Virus record (IMG/VR): IMGVR_UViG_3300044844_000952
Span: 1-26,263 of that record
DNA from: a virus
Lineage: Duplodnaviria > Caudoviricetes
Strand: one strand, 5' to 3'
DNA length: 26,263 bases
Shown piece after piece: positions 23,305 through 26,263 of the stretch. Each line of letters starts with the position of its first letter. Position 1 is the stretch's first letter. A program made the translations under genes and the position numbers. The notes under the pieces were generated by a model. The model ran no database searches and was not told the origin of the DNA. It saw nothing but the letters and a program-made list of their open reading frames with translations.

Positions 23305-25682
23305 CTCAGCGATATGTAGTTATCGAAGAAAGCGATAATGTTGTGATTGTATCATCACCTGGGCCTCAAGGCGCTTCTGGCCCATCTGGTGGAGTGCCCG
23401 ATGGCGATAAGGGCGATATTACCGTTGCATCCTCTGGAACCGTTTGGACCATAGATCCAGGTGTAGTAAGTTATGCTAAGATTCAAGACGTCTCGGCAAC
23501 CGACAGGCTCCTTGGGCGGCAATCTGCTGGCTCTGGAGACGTTGAGGAGATTGTCTGCACGACTGCTGGAAGGGCGCTATTGGATGATGTGGACGCCTCC
23601 GCCCAACGCACAACCTTGGGCCTGGGAACCCTTGCCACACAGAACGGCACGTTCTCAGGAACTTCTAGCGGCACAAACACTGGCGACCAAAACATTTTTT
23701 CGACGGTAGCGGTCTCTGGGCAGTCGAACGTAGTAGCCGATAGTACTTCTGATACGCTGACAATGGTAGCTGGTGCTGGCGTATCGATTACGACAAACGC
23801 AACAACCGATAGCATTACAATATCATCTACGTTGACAGGTCTTTCAGACGGCGACAAGGGGGACATTACCGTAAGCTCCTCTGGGGCCACCTGGACTATT
23901 GATAACGATGCCGTAACGTACGCCAAGATTCAAAATGTCTCGGCGACTGATAGGCTTCTAGGGCGATCCTCGGCAGGGGCTGGAGACGTTGAGGAGATTA
24001 CCTGCACATCAGCTGGAAGGGCGCTATTGGATGATGTGGACGCCTCCGCCCAACGCACAACCTTGGGCCTGGGAACCCTTGCCACGCAAAGCGGTACGTT
24101 CTCAGGAACCTCTAGCGGCACTAACACTGGCGACCAGAACATTTTTTCGACGATTGTGGTTGCTGGGCAATCGAACGTAGTTGCAGATACGACCTCCGAC
24201 AGCCTCACGCTTGTAGCTGGAACCAACGTCACTATAACTACTAATGCAACTACAGATACTATTACTATTTCCGCTACAGGCGGTGGAGGGGGCGGAACTG
24301 GAGATGTTGTAGGCCCATCGAGCTCTACGGACAATGCAATCGCTCGGTTCGATCTGACGACGGGCAAACTGATTCAGAACAGCTTGGCAACTATCTCGGA
24401 TGGCGGAACAATCGATGCGCCCAATGCTACGCTGGATTACATTCAGATCGACACGGCGGCAACGCCTCCGACAATCGTAGAGGGTACAGTCTCTTGGGAC
24501 GTTGGAGATGGAACGCTTGACCTTGGGCTCAAGGGCGGGAATGTAAATCTCTTGATCGGAGAGCAGCAATACTCTAGGGTCTACAACGATACCGCATCGA
24601 CCATGACCAAAGGGCAGGTGGTGTACCTTTCTGGCGCTCAGGGCAACCGTGTTGCCGTAAAGCTCTCCAGGGCAGATAGCGAGCTGACCTCCAAGGATAC
24701 TATCGGGTTCGTTGCAGAAAGTATCGCTGCGGGCGCTGAGGGCTGGGTAATAAGCGCGGGGCCTTTTTATAAGCTCAACACCCTCGGACTTGTGGCTGGA
24801 AATACTGTCTACTTGAGCCCTACGACCGCTGGAGCGTACACGACTACCAAGCCTTCTGCGCCCGATCACGTTGTAATACTTGGATTCGTGCAGAGAGTTA
24901 GTGCCACCGTAGGCTCTTTCTACGTGAAGGTCGATAACGGCTACGAGATTGACGAGCTGCACAACGTCTCTGCCCTATCCCCTTCTAGCGGCAATCTGCT
25001 CATCTACGACGCCCCTGCGGGACTTTGGGAGGCGGCCAACCTTACTGATGGCGGAAGCATCAACATTACCGAGGGCGCTGGAAGCATAACTATCGCAGTA
25101 TCCGATGGCGATAAGGGCGACATCACCGTAAGCGCTTCTGGTGCTACTTGGACGGTGGACAATGACGCTATCACCTATGCGAAGATTCAGAATGTTTCGG
25201 CAACTGATAGGCTTTTGGGCCGTCAAACTGCAGGCGCTGGAGACGTCGAGGAGATTACTTGTACGGCAGCAGGAAGGGCTCTGTTGGATGATATAGACGC
25301 CTCTGCTCAGCGCACTACTCTCGGACTTGGAACGCTTGCCACGCAGAGCGGAACATTCTCTGGAACCTCTTCTGGCACAAACACTGGCGACCAGACAATC
25401 ACATTGACTGGAGATGTTACGGGCAGCGGCACTGGAAGCTTTGCAGCAACCATTGGCAGCGCTAAGGTGACATACGCAAAGATTCAAAATGTAAGTTCGA
25501 GCAATAGGCTGCTTGGAAGAGCCACAGCTGGGGCTGGGAGCGTTGAGGAGGTTTCGCTAGGAACAAATCTTGTTTATTCAGGAACAACCCTTAATACCAC
25601 TGGTTTACAAAAGACAATCACGTCAGGAACAGCAGCGCCAAGTGGTGGAAGCGACGGTGACATATATCTGCAATATACATAA
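23301..25682 (+). CDS. Long repeat-containing tail fibre protein (793 aa)
   Basis: Thr/Gly/Ser/Ala-rich, short N-terminal anchor with GPQGASGPSG, three 97-aa repeats plus a partial fourth, C-terminal SGTAAPSGGSDGDIYLQY. Confidence 0.8.
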   Translation: MTQRYVVIEESDNVVIVSSPGPQGASGPSGGVPDGDKGDITVASSGTVWTIDPGVVSYAKIQDVSATDRLLGRQSAGSGDVEEIVCTTAGRALLDDVDASAQRTTLGLGTLATQNGTFSGTSSGTNTGDQNIFSTVAVSGQSNVVADSTSDTLTMVAGAGVSITTNATTDSITISSTLTGLSDGDKGDITVSSSGATWTIDNDAVTYAKIQNVSATDRLLGRSSAGAGDVEEITCTSAGRALLDDVDASAQRTTLGLGTLATQSGTFSGTSSGTNTGDQNIFSTIVVAGQSNVVADTTSDSLTLVAGTNVTITTNATTDTITISATGGGGGGTGDVVGPSSSTDNAIARFDLTTGKLIQNSLATISDGGTIDAPNATLDYIQIDTAATPPTIVEGTVSWDVGDGTLDLGLKGGNVNLLIGEQQYSRVYNDTASTMTKGQVVYLSGAQGNRVAVKLSRADSELTSKDTIGFVAESIAAGAEGWVISAGPFYKLNTLGLVAGNTVYLSPTTAGAYTTTKPSAPDHVVILGFVQRVSATVGSFYVKVDNGYEIDELHNVSALSPSSGNLLIYDAPAGLWEAANLTDGGSINITEGAGSITIAVSDGDKGDITVSASGATWTVDNDAITYAKIQNVSATDRLLGRQTAGAGDVEEITCTAAGRALLDDIDASAQRTTLGLGTLATQSGTFSGTSSGTNTGDQTITLTGDVTGSGTGSFAATIGSAKVTYAKIQNVSSSNRLLGRATAGAGSVEEVSLGTNLVYSGTTLNTTGLQKTITSGTAAPSGGSDGDIYLQYT
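23400..25394 (+). repeat. Three 291-bp intragenic repeats (23400-23690, 23847-24137, 25104-25394)
   Basis: Each encodes DGDKGDITV...GTNTGDQ. Copies 1 and 2 extend further as a 447-bp tandem unit, and 23565-23638 is identical to 24012-24085. Confidence 0.95.
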
Positions 25683-25690
25683 AGGGAAGT

Positions 25691-26128
25691 ATGACGCTTG
25701 AAGAGAGACTCCAAAAAGATGACGTAAAGGATTTGCCTGATTGGGCAGCAGCCGAAGTACTGAATGCTCCCGATCCTTCACTTCCAATTATAACCTTCTG
25801 GGAACCAACACGAATTGGAGTTGGCCAAATAATGACAACGCTTGGAGCAACAGAAGGTGCTGATCTACTTGATCAGTTGGTTGTTGCCGCAGAGCAAGAT
25901 GCTGTCATTCGTTGGGGTCTAAAAGTTATGGAAGGCAGCGGTTTAGACCTTTCGCTTCAAACAACTCGTGAGCAAGTCTCGGGGTTAGTAACCGCGGGTT
26001 TTATTACAGAAGCACAAAAAGAAAGTCTTTTTAGTTTATCAAAACGCGAAAGGTTTCCGTCATGGTCAGAGGTAAACAATACGTTTGTCGATGCTCGTGC
26101 AGTAGGATTAGCAAGAGGAGGAATCTAA
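25691..26128 (+). CDS. Hypothetical protein (145 aa)
   Basis: RBS-like AAGGGA, helical acidic protein directly after the fibre. No family recognised. Confidence 0.75.
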   Translation: MTLEERLQKDDVKDLPDWAAAEVLNAPDPSLPIITFWEPTRIGVGQIMTTLGATEGADLLDQLVVAAEQDAVIRWGLKVMEGSGLDLSLQTTREQVSGLVTAGFITEAQKESLFSLSKRERFPSWSEVNNTFVDARAVGLARGGI

Positions 26129-26129
26129 T

Positions 26130-26263
26130 ATGGCAATAGCAAAATGGTCAACACCAGCAACACGCTCAAGTAACATTGCATCAACAGTTCTCAACTCGCT
26201 TGCTTCTGGCTCAGAATCAGCCGTGGTCACTTACGATAACTCTAGTGCATTGGCCTTGTATGC
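26130..26263 (+). CDS. Hypothetical protein, truncated by the window end
   Basis: GAGGAGG RBS, ATG 26130, open to the end: MAIAKWSTPATRSSNIASTVLNSLASGSESAVVTYDNSSALALY. Confidence 0.8.
   Translation, partial: MAIAKWSTPATRSSNIASTVLNSLASGSESAVVTYDNSSALALY

Noticed and set aside
23400-25394. Diversity-generating retroelement TR/VR pair
   Set aside because: All repeats are in-frame within one gene, differences are mostly synonymous and not adenine-specific, and no reverse transcriptase is present in the window.
1-26263. Contractile tail, tRNA genes, lysis genes or stop-codon recoding
   Set aside because: No sheath or wedge genes, cloverleafs, or endolysin/holin are recognisable. TAA, TAG and TGA all end full-length genes under code 11.

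Overview
The window is the packaging, head and tail morphogenesis operon of a tailed dsDNA phage (Caudoviricetes), siphovirus-like because it has a long tape measure, a tail tube and no sheath gene. Nearly everything is on the + strand and tightly coupled by TAATG/ATGA overlaps. Gene order: terminase large subunit, portal, minor head protein, neck/virion morphogenesis protein, scaffold, a 79-aa putative head accessory protein, an antisense free-standing HNH endonuclease, major capsid, a strong terminator, four small atypical genes (a Cys-cluster gene flanked by two paralogs), head-tail adaptor, tail terminator, tail tube, a tail chaperone pair joined by a -1 frameshift (A AAA AAC), a 1780-aa tape measure, two paralogous distal-tail-like proteins, a hub, a collar/His-needle fibre, an anchor protein, a repeat-rich fibre and two further small genes (the last truncated). 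The most unusual part is the first 949 bp, where terS normally lies. It holds no credible gene, but an inverted 18-bp motif pair, a 36-bp palindrome, 24 GC-rich ~19-bp repeats whose variable part is always a mini-palindrome (one variant being the exact inversion of another), an A-tract and a second CTCACG array. The adjacent terminase has non-canonical ATPase motifs. All protein calls rest on motifs and synteny read by eye, with no database searches. Host and lifestyle cannot be determined from this window.
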